Positions 9,464 to 19,562 of a stretch of DNA of 64,000 nucleotides are shown here, one piece after another. Within the stretch, counting starts at the first letter, position 1, and every line of letters starts with the position of its first letter. Both the position numbers and the translations under genes were made by a program. The notes under the pieces are model-generated. The model saw only the letters and a program-made list of their open reading frames with translations, was not told the DNA's origin and made no database searches. Location: the IMG/VR virus record IMGVR_UViG_3300050821_024078. The stretch is one strand, 5' to 3'. Origin of the DNA: an uncultured virus (IMG/VR IMGVR_UViG_3300050821_024078) (lineage: Duplodnaviria > Heunggongvirae > Uroviricota > Caudoviricetes).

Positions 9464-9766
9464 ATGTTTACATTCATAAAAAAATTATTCAAAACACCTA
9501 CTATTGATCGTCAAGTTATAATAGACACTAATGCTCATTGGGAATATCAAAATACTTTATCTAATTTTGAACATAAAGCATCGATATATTTTAATGATGA
9601 TTGTTCTGAAGAAGTACGCAAAAGTTTAGCTGAATTAATTTCTCTTTATAAAGATCAGATAGTTATTGTAGAAACTTTTACTGTTGGTGGTATATCTAAA
9701 AAAGAAGCCGAAGTCATAATTAACAGTAATACACATACACCTTACAAAAAAGAGTACTTTGTTTAA
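9464..9766 (+). CDS. hypothetical protein
   Basis: ORF. Confidence 0.55.
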   Translation: MFTFIKKLFKTPTIDRQVIIDTNAHWEYQNTLSNFEHKASIYFNDDCSEEVRKSLAELISLYKDQIVIVETFTVGGISKKEAEVIINSNTHTPYKKEYFV

Positions 9767-10249
9767 ATGAGAAGGCCTAAAGCAAACACAATAGACCGAA
9801 CCCCTGTCATAGATAAAATTGCTCTCAAAGTATATGAATGGTTTGATAAGGGTGAAGATCTTGAATCTCTTAAAGGAGATATGAAACAAATGCTCGAAAA
9901 GTGTGATTCCTCAAGTGATGGTTATGAACTTGCTGAATATCTTGAAAGAAAATTAGGATATAGTTCTGATTCACAATTAGTTTCTATATTAGATGATGTT
10001 CCCTTTTTGATAAATGAACAAGTTAGTATAGAAGTCGCTGAATGGGTGAAACATCTTGATATAAAAGCCAAATATTCAATAGATGATCATGTGAAAATTC
10101 ATCATGAAAGAAAAATTGTAGATGGTATTATAATTGCTGTTTATGATAATAGTGGTGAGTATTCAGTGTATGTAGAATCATGTGGGCATGTTAAAGAAGG
10201 TATTGGTACATACGGTTTTATAGTGAAATTCGAAGATATTATTGATTAG
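9767..10249 (+). CDS. hypothetical protein
   Basis: ORF abutting the previous stop. Confidence 0.65.
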   Translation: MRRPKANTIDRTPVIDKIALKVYEWFDKGEDLESLKGDMKQMLEKCDSSSDGYELAEYLERKLGYSSDSQLVSILDDVPFLINEQVSIEVAEWVKHLDIKAKYSIDDHVKIHHERKIVDGIIIAVYDNSGEYSVYVESCGHVKEGIGTYGFIVKFEDIID

Positions 10250-10323
10250 GTTATATAAAAATTCTTATTGATGTTTTTGTTTTATAGTTTTTTATGATAC
10301 ATTTGTAGCTGAAACAATAATAA

Positions 10324-10869
10324 ATGTACTCAGATACCTCACATAATAAACTTGGTTTGTTCCTTGGTCACAAGGATATAGATATTACTAAGTTCAATGT
10401 TATAAAGAGCACACCCAAAGATTTTATATCTGTGAGTTCTGTACCACCAGTTTCTATTTTTATCGAAGTTGGTATACTTGGTGCTAGTCATTATGTTAAA
10501 TTTAAACATAATCAAGATGTTTTTTGTGAAGTGTTTTCTTGTGCACCTATTGTTGAACAAGGAAGGTATTATTCTATAAAAAATCTTCTAAAACAAAAAG
10601 AAACCATTTACGAAAATATATTTGAAAATGATTTGTATACTTTCAACGCTGATGTTGTTTTTCTTGATGAGAATAAAGAAAAATATAATTCTTTTTTAAT
10701 TCCTGAATCACAAAAGTTAGTTTTATCTCATGTATTCCCAGGGCCAGCAACTTCTGTTTATAAAGCATACACTGTTATTAAATTGTCTGGGTTAACTATT
10801 GAAACTATGCATGTTTATCCTGAAGAAAATATTGTTGTTTTTACTAAATCTAACATTTCTACTCTATAA
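10324..10869 (+). CDS. DUF2617-like protein
   Basis: VGILGASHYV, EVFSC, ETMHVYPEE; neighbours DUF350 and SpeE-like genes. Confidence 0.6.
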   Translation: MYSDTSHNKLGLFLGHKDIDITKFNVIKSTPKDFISVSSVPPVSIFIEVGILGASHYVKFKHNQDVFCEVFSCAPIVEQGRYYSIKNLLKQKETIYENIFENDLYTFNADVVFLDENKEKYNSFLIPESQKLVLSHVFPGPATSVYKAYTVIKLSGLTIETMHVYPEENIVVFTKSNISTL

Positions 10870-10873
10870 CATC

Positions 10874-12460
10874 ATGCGATATACTTTAATTTTCTTGTTA
10901 TTAGTAATTCTTATCTCTTGTAATCCGATACCGGATAGCTTGAAGATTAAGTCTACAAATTTAATAACTACTCTTGATAATACAGAAAAGTCTATTGAGG
11001 CAAACGAAATACAATTCAAATATTTTTTAGAAGGTAATATATTTCTAAGACGTGACGAAGGTAAAATTAAATGTGAAATGATACTTGGTAAAATTCTTAT
11101 TCAGGAGAAGTTAAAAAGTAATTTTACCAAGGCTAGGGAAACTCTTAAGACTTGCTACACAAATAAATTAAAAATTCAAGAACTTATCAATGATAACGAT
11201 AATAAAAAAGCGTCTCAATTAGAATCTGAAATTGCTGAACTTGAAGCTAAGCTCGCTCTGATTTATGAATTAATTCGTATTCCTATGACCAGAGGAATGT
11301 TTTTTATTGATATTTACAGAGATTATGAAACGTTTAAGAAAACTAATGATTCTTTAATGACTCAATTATCGGATTCGTTAAGATCGGTAAGTAGATATGT
11401 AAAAATTACTAGTATAAAATATTCCGCTAAAAAAGAATCTTTATCTAAAGAGCTTTTACAAATTGAATTGAACTTAAAAATGAATAAAACTATACGAGAT
11501 TCATTTCTAGTCCAGTATAATTATAGAAAAAATGATAAGCTTACAGGATATTTTGATCTTAAAAAGTTTGGTGATTCGTACCAATTGTTTTATAAGAATA
11601 GACAGTATATTTTATCCTGTATGTCTCAGTTAAAAAGTAAATTAGCTGAACTTGATTTATCTTACACTAAAATTCTCGATGATACAGATGCTGATTTTTA
11701 TGTTACTATAGCAAGGACCTCTTGGGATGAGTCTTCTGATTATGGTGAACAAGATTATACTTATAAACGATTAGAAGTAAGCGAATCGGTATTTGAGTAT
11801 ATTGATCAACTCGATGATAATGCTATTATTGCTGAATATACAACATGGAGTGCTGGTTTGACTACTCATATTTCTGATTCTATATGGTCTTCATTAAAAA
11901 TAGATCCTAAAGAAGGTTGGTTGAGTAGTTTACATGATCGTTCAGAATTTTGGGTACAGGCCTCAGATGTTGTATATTATCACAAGTATATGATTGAGAA
12001 GAATGGTAAGTTAGATAGTACTGATTATATTCCTGTCAGTGAGGCTGATTATTATAAGTATGAAGATGCTGATGGTTTAGCTATATTTTCTAAAACAACA
12101 GGTAAATTTAACAGTGAGGCTGATACAATACCGGCTATACCAGGAATATCTCATGTAGGTAATAATCAATACGGTGAATGGAGAGATTCTACATCAAATC
12201 AACGGAGATCTGCTGGTGTTGGAGCTTATTGGTTCTTCTATAGGCCTTATATGTATTATAATATATGGGGAGGAACGCATACATATTCTAATTATAACAC
12301 ATACTCATCAAGTTACAGAAATCACACACCTTATTATGGTAGTGTTGGTAGAGAACAACATTATCGAAATTATAGTAGTAGAAGAGGTCATACTTCTCAA
12401 AGTTCTTTCCGAAACGGTAGTAGCTATCGTGGAGGAGGTGCCGGTGGTGGCGGTAAATAG
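10874..12460 (+). CDS. lipoprotein with coiled coil and Tyr/Ser/Arg/Gly-rich C-terminal tail
   Basis: lipobox LISC; VGNNQYGEWR...YWFFY...SYRGGGAGGGGK. Confidence 0.7.
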   Translation: MRYTLIFLLLVILISCNPIPDSLKIKSTNLITTLDNTEKSIEANEIQFKYFLEGNIFLRRDEGKIKCEMILGKILIQEKLKSNFTKARETLKTCYTNKLKIQELINDNDNKKASQLESEIAELEAKLALIYELIRIPMTRGMFFIDIYRDYETFKKTNDSLMTQLSDSLRSVSRYVKITSIKYSAKKESLSKELLQIELNLKMNKTIRDSFLVQYNYRKNDKLTGYFDLKKFGDSYQLFYKNRQYILSCMSQLKSKLAELDLSYTKILDDTDADFYVTIARTSWDESSDYGEQDYTYKRLEVSESVFEYIDQLDDNAIIAEYTTWSAGLTTHISDSIWSSLKIDPKEGWLSSLHDRSEFWVQASDVVYYHKYMIEKNGKLDSTDYIPVSEADYYKYEDADGLAIFSKTTGKFNSEADTIPAIPGISHVGNNQYGEWRDSTSNQRRSAGVGAYWFFYRPYMYYNIWGGTHTYSNYNTYSSSYRNHTPYYGSVGREQHYRNYSSRRGHTSQSSFRNGSSYRGGGAGGGGK

Positions 12461-12497
12461 TAAAATAAAAGTTAAACCCTTAAATTAAAATAAACAA

Positions 12498-13328
12498 ATG
12501 GAAAATTTCGCACATTTATTAGAATCTCTTGTATATGCCCTGATAGGTCTGGGTGTATTCTTTATCATCAAGTTTTCAAGAAAAATATTACTGTATAAGG
12601 AATCTGAGGATGAACAACTAGCAAAAAACAATCTTGCTGTATCGTTGAATTTGTCTGGTCTTTATATCGCTCTTGGTATTTCTATACTGGCAGCATTATC
12701 TGGTGAGTCACATACTTTTATAAAGGATGTAACATCTGTTTTTATTTATTCTCTAGTAGGTATAGTTATGATTACTATATTTTCAAAGGTTCAATTTTAT
12801 CTTATAATCGGTAATAAAATTAAAGACTATCTGAAAGAAGGTAATATTGCAGCAGGTATTATAGCCTTTGGTACATATGTTAATATTGGTATAGTTACAC
12901 TTGGAAGTTTCTTTGGTGAAGGAACTATAGCTTCAGCGGTTGTATTCTTTATATTAGGTCAGGCTGCATTGATTGCTACAACATATGCCTGGGAGAAGAT
13001 AAACAAATTTGATGTTACAAATTTTATTACTGGTAATAGTATAGCCGGAGCCGTTCTTTATACATTAACTAAAATAAGTCTTGCTATAATTATTTATGCT
13101 TCTATTCGAGGAAATTTTACTGCTTGGATTCCAGACTTAATACATTTCACTTATAGTTTAGTTGCTGGTGTTGTATTTATAATGATTTTATTTAATAAGA
13201 TTCTTGATAAATTTGTTCTTCCGGAAACTGATACTAAAACAGAAATAGAACAAGGGAACGTTGCTTCAGCATTCTTAATTGGCTCTATTAAAATAGCATT
13301 AGCTCTAATTATCTCTGGTATTATATAA
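12498..13328 (+). CDS. DUF350-family membrane protein (tandem domains)
   Basis: multiple TM helices; repeated NNLAVS/GNIAAG/GNVASA motifs. Confidence 0.75.
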   Translation: MENFAHLLESLVYALIGLGVFFIIKFSRKILLYKESEDEQLAKNNLAVSLNLSGLYIALGISILAALSGESHTFIKDVTSVFIYSLVGIVMITIFSKVQFYLIIGNKIKDYLKEGNIAAGIIAFGTYVNIGIVTLGSFFGEGTIASAVVFFILGQAALIATTYAWEKINKFDVTNFITGNSIAGAVLYTLTKISLAIIIYASIRGNFTAWIPDLIHFTYSLVAGVVFIMILFNKILDKFVLPETDTKTEIEQGNVASAFLIGSIKIALALIISGII

Positions 13329-13329
13329 C

Positions 13330-14007
13330 ATGAAAGAAATAATTCTTGATAATATCAAATACAAGTTGGTTCCTGTTAGTCAGGAATCAGCTTTAATTCC
13401 TTTTGAAAAGGGTGACTGGGTTTGTAGTGATAACAATGAAATTAAATATACGAATAGATTCGGTGATATTGTTCCTATACCTAATGAGATAGATTACGTT
13501 TATACAAAAAACAATGCTGTTTATGTTAGTTATACAAAAGTATCCTCTCATGATTGGCATAGAATAGATGCTATAAGAAAAGCTTCTCATGATGAAATAT
13601 TAGACAGGCTTATACATAGACATTGTAATTTCAAAGAAGGTGATACGGTTTGGTTTAAAGATAAAGGTGTAAGAAAAGAATGTGGTACACGGAAATACTT
13701 AGTCTTAGGGTTTGAATTATGTGTAATTGGAGATATCATAATTGATGATTATATAACTGTTCATCTTAAATATAGTTGTAAACCGGGCTCAGAAACATCT
13801 TATCTTAGTTGTGAGTTAACCAAATATGATGAATCTGTTAAGTCTGCCACTGATAATAATCAAAAAAGAACAATTATCTTAGATGGTATTAAATATAAAT
13901 GGCTCTACTTCATAAATTGGTGCAAATGCTACACAATAGCTATCTGTTTAGATGAAATTAAATACCTAATAATCATTTTATTATATATAATCTGCACCAA
14001 CTTATGA
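13330..14007 (+). CDS. hypothetical protein whose C-terminus is altered by a MITE insertion
   Basis: removing 13901-14024 restores ...IILDGIKYKLEEIQ*. Confidence 0.65.
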   Translation: MKEIILDNIKYKLVPVSQESALIPFEKGDWVCSDNNEIKYTNRFGDIVPIPNEIDYVYTKNNAVYVSYTKVSSHDWHRIDAIRKASHDEILDRLIHRHCNFKEGDTVWFKDKGVRKECGTRKYLVLGFELCVIGDIIIDDYITVHLKYSCKPGSETSYLSCELTKYDESVKSATDNNQKRTIILDGIKYKWLYFINWCKCYTIAICLDEIKYLIIILLYIICTNL

Positions 14008-14016
14008 AGTAGAGCC
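13901..14016. mobile_element. 116-bp MITE, IS1595-family-like
   Basis: 27-bp terminal inverted repeats (GGCTCTACTTCATAAATTGGTGCAAAT, 2 mismatches); 8-bp direct repeat ATATAAAT at 13893-13900 and 14017-14024. Confidence 0.85.
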
Positions 14017-14043
14017 ATATAAATTAGAAGAAATTCAATAATT

Positions 14044-14547
14044 ATGTACACATTCTATATCATATCCATAATTGGTATTTTATGCACCATTATCCACTGT
14101 TATAAATCAAAGAAGTTCAGAGGGGAAGGTTTATTCTTTACTTTTGTTGTTGGACCTGTTATGCTTGCAGCATTTAGTCTCGGGCTTACTGAAATTGATG
14201 ACTCTTATAAAGTTGATAGTTTATATGTAAAAGTATCAAAATTAAAAAGTCTTGAAGATGATAAAACATCATTTGTACTTGGTATGAGTGATTTTTCTTC
14301 AGATCCTTTGTATTATTACTATTATCAGCAACCTAATGGTGGATATAAACTAGGTTCTAAAAAATATCACTCTGTTGTATTATTTGAAGCTAATGGTGCT
14401 ATATTAGTAGAAAGATTTCATAAAAAATTTTACAAAAAAAGTAAATGGATCTGGGCTAATCCGGCGATTGAAAATATAGAGTTAGATACTTACATTTACT
14501 TACCAACAAACACGATAAAGCGTACTTATAACATTGATAGTAAATGA
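14044..14547 (+). CDS. hypothetical membrane protein
   Basis: two N-terminal hydrophobic segments. Confidence 0.6.
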   Translation: MYTFYIISIIGILCTIIHCYKSKKFRGEGLFFTFVVGPVMLAAFSLGLTEIDDSYKVDSLYVKVSKLKSLEDDKTSFVLGMSDFSSDPLYYYYYQQPNGGYKLGSKKYHSVVLFEANGAILVERFHKKFYKKSKWIWANPAIENIELDTYIYLPTNTIKRTYNIDSK

Positions 14548-16187
14548 AAAAATTAACTCTTCCAACAATACTTCTGGGAATATCAATGTTCTTTACCGGA
14601 GCATCATGCTTTGTTGTTCAGAATATACTTAGTATAACAGCTAGTTCCATCTTAGGTAATACATTCGTTCAATACGGTGTCACTATATCTCTTATGCTTG
14701 GTGCTATGGGTATAGGTGGTACATTACAGCGTTATATTAGTAGTGATAATATTCTTGCTAAGTATCTTTTTCTTGAAATGCTTCTGATACTTCTTACCGG
14801 ATTTGCTCTTATTGGTTTATATGCTGCTTATGCTTTAATGCCGGAACATTTCTTATTGATTCAATATCTTTGGATAATTTTGGTTGGTCTTTTTATAGGA
14901 TTTGAGATACCAATAATTTCCAGGATAAACGAAACATACCAACCTAATATTAAAGATAATCTGGCCTCTATTATGACTATGGATTATGTTGGTAGTATGA
15001 TAGGAGGTTTACTTTGGACATTTGTTTTTCTAGGTGAAATAGAGCTTGGTTTGGGTGCATTCTTAACAGCTGGTCTAAACCTAATTGTTTCGTTTGCTGT
15101 ATATTTCTACTTTATGTATAAACAAACCGGTAAACTATTTGATAAGGTCTTTGCTGCTGTAATAATTACTAGTGTTTTACTTGTTATAGGTTTTTATAAT
15201 TCTAAAGCCTGGGAGGTAGATCTTCAACAAAAATTATATGATGAAAAAATAGTATTTAATAAAATAACAAAATATCAAATACTTACTATGACGCATGATA
15301 GTGATATTAATGATTATAGACTTTATATAAATGGAAATTTACAATTTTCTTCAATAGATGAAAATATTTATCATGAACATTTAGTACACCCTATTCTGAG
15401 TTCTTCTAAAAAAAGAGATTATGTGTTAATTCTTGGTGGAGGTGATGGGTTCGCTTTGAGAGAGGTTTTAAAATATCCTGATGTGAAGTATGTTAATCTT
15501 GTAGATCTAGATCCTGAGATGATAAAGATTTCGAGTACTGGTATAATCGCTGAATTGAATCATAATTCTTTCAAAGATGCTCGTGTAGAGACAGATTCAC
15601 CGGAAATGTTAAAGAAGGGTCTTAAGAATATTTATATTGATGATTCTGATACAAGTAAACCTAAGATAAAGCTGGCTAGAGTAGAAATATTTAATATTGA
15701 TGCCTTCAATTTTATCAAAGATACTGATAAAAAGTATGATGCTGTCATAATAGACTTTCCTGACCCTTCTCATGTGGAAGTGAATAAATTATATACGAAG
15801 GAATTTTTTATACATTTACAAGGATTACTTAATCTAGGAGCAAATATTGTTGTACAATCAACTTCACCCTATCATGCGAAGGAGGCTTATCTTTGTATAG
15901 ACAGAACAATGAAATCTGTAGGTTTTAAAACTTTGTTGTATCATCATAATGTTCCCTCTTTCGGGGATTGGGGCTGGATAATTGGTTATACAGATAGTTC
16001 ACTGTTAAAAAATATTGATACTATTCAACAATATCAGGTAAAAACTACTTATCTGGAACCTAGTCTGATGAGATCTTCTATGTTTTTTGGTAAAAGTATT
16101 TTAGATACAAAAGAGGTTGCTGTAAATACTATTCTTAATCCGGTTCTTTTGAAATATTATACAAAGGAATCCTGGAAAGTTGAGTAA
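14544..16187 (+). CDS. speE: membrane-bound polyamine aminopropyltransferase (spermidine synthase-like)
   Basis: about 7 TM segments, then LYINGNLQFS, YHEHLVHP, LILGGGDG, VDLDP, IIDFPDP, VPSFGDWG. Confidence 0.88.
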   Translation: MKKLTLPTILLGISMFFTGASCFVVQNILSITASSILGNTFVQYGVTISLMLGAMGIGGTLQRYISSDNILAKYLFLEMLLILLTGFALIGLYAAYALMPEHFLLIQYLWIILVGLFIGFEIPIISRINETYQPNIKDNLASIMTMDYVGSMIGGLLWTFVFLGEIELGLGAFLTAGLNLIVSFAVYFYFMYKQTGKLFDKVFAAVIITSVLLVIGFYNSKAWEVDLQQKLYDEKIVFNKITKYQILTMTHDSDINDYRLYINGNLQFSSIDENIYHEHLVHPILSSSKKRDYVLILGGGDGFALREVLKYPDVKYVNLVDLDPEMIKISSTGIIAELNHNSFKDARVETDSPEMLKKGLKNIYIDDSDTSKPKIKLARVEIFNIDAFNFIKDTDKKYDAVIIDFPDPSHVEVNKLYTKEFFIHLQGLLNLGANIVVQSTSPYHAKEAYLCIDRTMKSVGFKTLLYHHNVPSFGDWGWIIGYTDSSLLKNIDTIQQYQVKTTYLEPSLMRSSMFFGKSILDTKEVAVNTILNPVLLKYYTKESWKVE

Positions 16188-16411
16188 TATTTTTATGGTA
16201 CTAAAACTTTACTAGTATCAAACGATTTTCCTCTTCTTTCATTTAAATCACTATCAGTTAATATTCTTCCTTTAACATTTTCTAATAATGTTTTTGTGTT
16301 AATGAGTTTTCCATCAGAGGCAAAGGCCCAGTTTAATCGTTCACCTTTTGATTTTTTAGTTCTGGTATTCATAGTTTATATAAAATTCTTTGTGGTGACT
16401 GATGTTATGTA

Positions 16412-16681
16412 TTAAGATTTTACTCCTTCTATTTCTCTATATTCTGAAACGAGTTTGAAAAAATCACATACAGTATCAACTATTTCTGAAGGGTTAGTAT
16501 AAATGTTATGATCTTGAGTAATACGCTGAGATGATTTTATACCTTCAAAGAAAATGCTATTGAATTCATAAATACTATTGTCTTTTGAAGGGCTATTCAA
16601 GCTTTTTATTTCGATGTTAATTCCAAGCTTAGTCATTGTTTCTCTGATTTCTTTCAATCTTTTGTCTATAGATGTTTTCAT
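16412..16681 (-). CDS. hypothetical protein
   Basis: ORF. Confidence 0.5.
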   Translation of the reverse strand: MKTSIDKRLKEIRETMTKLGINIEIKSLNSPSKDNSIYEFNSIFFEGIKSSQRITQDHNIYTNPSEIVDTVCDFFKLVSEYREIEGVKS

Positions 16682-16796
16682 TGCTTATCTGAATTTTAAA
16701 TATATATTCAGATACTATCTATTCTTCAAATATGAACAGAATAAAAATTGTTCAATTTTTTCTATCACTATAGAACTGCTAACATATCTTTATAAA

Positions 16797-16935
16797 TAAA
16801 CATTAAAAATAGACTTTTTTAATGTTTACTATTAGAACAGACGGTAAATTGATGTTGAATATACTAGTAAACAGTAAAATATTGAATTTTTAATGTTTAC
16901 TAAATCGCATATTTGCGGTGATCATCACCGCAAAT
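16797..16935. repeat. three consecutive inverted repeats in an intergenic region
   Basis: TAAACATTAAAAA/TTTTTAATGTTTA; TAGTAAACA/TGTTTACTA; perfect ATTTGCGGTGAT-C-ATCACCGCAAAT. Confidence 0.7.
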
Positions 16936-17013
16936 TCTAACTTATATAAACTAAACCTTAAAACTTTATCATTTTTTCTCCGTATAATACTATTATAAAT
17001 ACAATCCTATTAT

Positions 17014-17139
17014 ATGAAGAAAATAGCAATTTTATTAATCATGACAATCCTAGTATTCTCTTGTGCTCCTTCAAAGAGTCATCAACAAAAGAGGAAGAAG
17101 GTTAAAACTTCAAAATATTTCTATAATTTCCAGAAATAA
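17014..17139 (+). CDS. small basic lipoprotein (41 aa)
   Basis: MKKIAILLIMTILVFSC lipoprotein signal; below the ORF-track size cutoff. Confidence 0.55.
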   Translation: MKKIAILLIMTILVFSCAPSKSHQQKRKKVKTSKYFYNFQK

Positions 17140-17203
17140 ATATTACTCTAAAACTTTAGGTAATATATCAGATATAATTATTATATTTAAAAATTATATC
17201 TGT

Positions 17204-17785
17204 ATGTTAAACATAGTAATATTCGGCCCTCCTGGTGTAGGTAAAGGAACACAAAGTAATTTGCTAATAGAAAAATATAAACTTAAGCATTTTTCAACAG
17301 GTGATATTTTGCGTGATGAAAGAAATAAAGGTTCTGAATTAGGATTAGTTGCTGCTGGATATCATGAAAAAGGTAATTTAGTACCAAGTGATTTGATTAA
17401 TCAAATTATGGGTAAAGTCATCACTGAGAATATAACTGCTCCTGGATTTATCTTTGATGGTTATCCAAGACGTGTTGATCAGGCTGTTTATTTGGATACT
17501 ACATTAGATAGTTCATTCAATCATATAGCATTAGTAATAGCTTTAGATGCTGATGAAAGTATTCTTAAAGAAAGATTACTTGAAAGAGGAAAAACTTCGG
17601 GGAGGCCTGATGATCAAGATGTTTCTATTATTGAAACAAGAATAAAAGTTTATAAAGAAGAAACGTTACCTGTATTGGAATATTATAAGTTCTTCGGAAA
17701 AACTATTAATATTGACGGTTCTAAATCTGTTGATGAAATATTTGAAATAATATCAGAGCGTATAAACCACCATATAGAAAATTAG
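17204..17785 (+). CDS. adk: adenylate kinase
   Basis: GPPGVGKGTQ, STGDILR, FDGYPR, GRPDD. Confidence 0.95.
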   Translation: MLNIVIFGPPGVGKGTQSNLLIEKYKLKHFSTGDILRDERNKGSELGLVAAGYHEKGNLVPSDLINQIMGKVITENITAPGFIFDGYPRRVDQAVYLDTTLDSSFNHIALVIALDADESILKERLLERGKTSGRPDDQDVSIIETRIKVYKEETLPVLEYYKFFGKTINIDGSKSVDEIFEIISERINHHIEN

Positions 17786-18043
17786 ATGTTAATTATGCAA
17801 TCAGGAACTAATGGTATCGATATTTGTGATGATAGTGAAGAATGGAAAATGTTTAATAATGCTTGTGAAAAAATAATGAATGATAATCCTGAAATTAAGG
17901 ATAATCCTTTTAATGAAATTTTCAAAAGGTTTATTTACAAAACAATCGTTAAGGCTCCTGTAATGCCTGATATAAAACCTATGAATGATATCAATTTTGA
18001 ATTTCAGTATCCAAATTTTACTAAAGACTATTTCAATGAATAA
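17786..18043 (+). CDS. hypothetical protein
   Basis: ORF. Confidence 0.55.
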   Translation: MLIMQSGTNGIDICDDSEEWKMFNNACEKIMNDNPEIKDNPFNEIFKRFIYKTIVKAPVMPDIKPMNDINFEFQYPNFTKDYFNE

Positions 18044-18491
18044 TTATGTTGTAATGTGTATTTTATTAATTTGTATTTTATGTATAGTTTTATATTTTCT
18101 ATGTAAATCATTCATTAATACGTTCAAACCAGAAGAATATTATGAAGAATTTTTATTAAAGGTGGTTCCGAAGGAATATAATGATAATTGGGTTAATTTT
18201 AAATACTTTTATAAAGATAAAAGTGGATACATATTAGATATAGATCAACCAATTTATAGGGATGAAATATACGGAGTTAGAAAGATGACTACCAAATTAG
18301 GTGACTGTGACTATGGTTATGAGCGTGATGTAATTTTAGATATTAAAAGAAAATTTGATAGTTATGAAAAGATAATCGAACATAATGCAAAACTCCATTT
18401 AATGGCTGATAAGTTAAATCAAGAACTTAAAGACAAAAAGGGAAAAGAACAAGAAGATAGAATAGAAAGATATAAAAAATTCAATGATTAA
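18036..18491 (+). CDS. hypothetical membrane-anchored protein
   Basis: N-terminal TM segment. Confidence 0.6.
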   Translation: MNNYVVMCILLICILCIVLYFLCKSFINTFKPEEYYEEFLLKVVPKEYNDNWVNFKYFYKDKSGYILDIDQPIYRDEIYGVRKMTTKLGDCDYGYERDVILDIKRKFDSYEKIIEHNAKLHLMADKLNQELKDKKGKEQEDRIERYKKFND

Positions 18492-18765
18492 TTTCTTCAA
18501 AAAGAAAGAACGTATAGTTATTATAATACCCACATATATTGTATTCAATGTTAATAACTTCAATCTTTGGTTCAATGAACCAAATAATAAGGCTGTTTAT
18601 GCTCACTCGGGGATTTTTCTTAGATTAGATAAACTATCAGAAGCTCATATACATGATTACCTTGATAAATGTTATGGATATGACCAAAACGTTATTGATG
18701 GGTATTCGGATGTGATAAGAGTATTTTATGATTCTGTAAAAGCAAACTGGAAAAACAGACTTTAA
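18484..18765 (+). CDS. hypothetical protein
   Basis: ORF. Confidence 0.55.
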   Translation: MINFFKKKERIVIIIPTYIVFNVNNFNLWFNEPNNKAVYAHSGIFLRLDKLSEAHIHDYLDKCYGYDQNVIDGYSDVIRVFYDSVKANWKNRL

Positions 18766-18849
18766 TTGTATAATATTTAGAAAATTCCTTGTTAATGTAA
18801 CTTTTATATCTTAATTTCGTATTAAGTTTTATACCAAACCTTAAAACCT

Positions 18850-19560
18850 ATGAAATTCGAAACTACTGTTGATATTGAAAATTACTTTAAAGTACTTCAG
18901 GATAATAATCTTGAAATACCTGGTGTTTATAGTCCAGCAGAATTAGTAATTGATAATAAAATCAATAACATGGTTCATGCCGGTAATAAGGACAACCTTG
19001 AAATAAATGTTGGTAAAGTAATAAAAGCTATAGAATTGAAGAAAATGAAATCCTTCAATGAAATGGAAACTGCTATAAGCGATTATTTCGCTCAGTATAA
19101 TGTTTCTGATAAGCTAGAGCAGGTTTATCAGAAAATATCACTTGCTGGTACCAAAATAGACGGTGTAAAACTGGAAGAAGCAAAAAAGGAATTTAAACAG
19201 TCCACAAAATTTATGTGGGGTATGATAGTTGATTTCAGAAAAAGTTTAAAAATAAATTTAGGTAAAATTGAATACTATTCTTTTTCTGGCTCCTATAATA
19301 TTTATGGTGGTTCTGATAATATAACAGCTTTAAATTATTTGGTGAAACATTTCTTTGATGTGGACCTTCCATCCATGATGAATATGACGACATGGCGTGA
19401 TGCTGATATTAGTAAATGGATTGATTATGGTAACGGCCTTCAAGGAAAAATGTATAAGAATGGTACTTTTGAAATCAAGCATAAAGATTTAGATATTCTT
19501 ACAAAAGAACTACACCATTATTACAGATCTAAATATGATCACTATTTTATTCAAATATAA
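18850..19560 (+). CDS. hypothetical protein
   Basis: ORF, 236 aa. Confidence 0.7.
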   Translation: MKFETTVDIENYFKVLQDNNLEIPGVYSPAELVIDNKINNMVHAGNKDNLEINVGKVIKAIELKKMKSFNEMETAISDYFAQYNVSDKLEQVYQKISLAGTKIDGVKLEEAKKEFKQSTKFMWGMIVDFRKSLKINLGKIEYYSFSGSYNIYGGSDNITALNYLVKHFFDVDLPSMMNMTTWRDADISKWIDYGNGLQGKMYKNGTFEIKHKDLDILTKELHHYYRSKYDHYFIQI

Positions 19561-19562
19561 CA

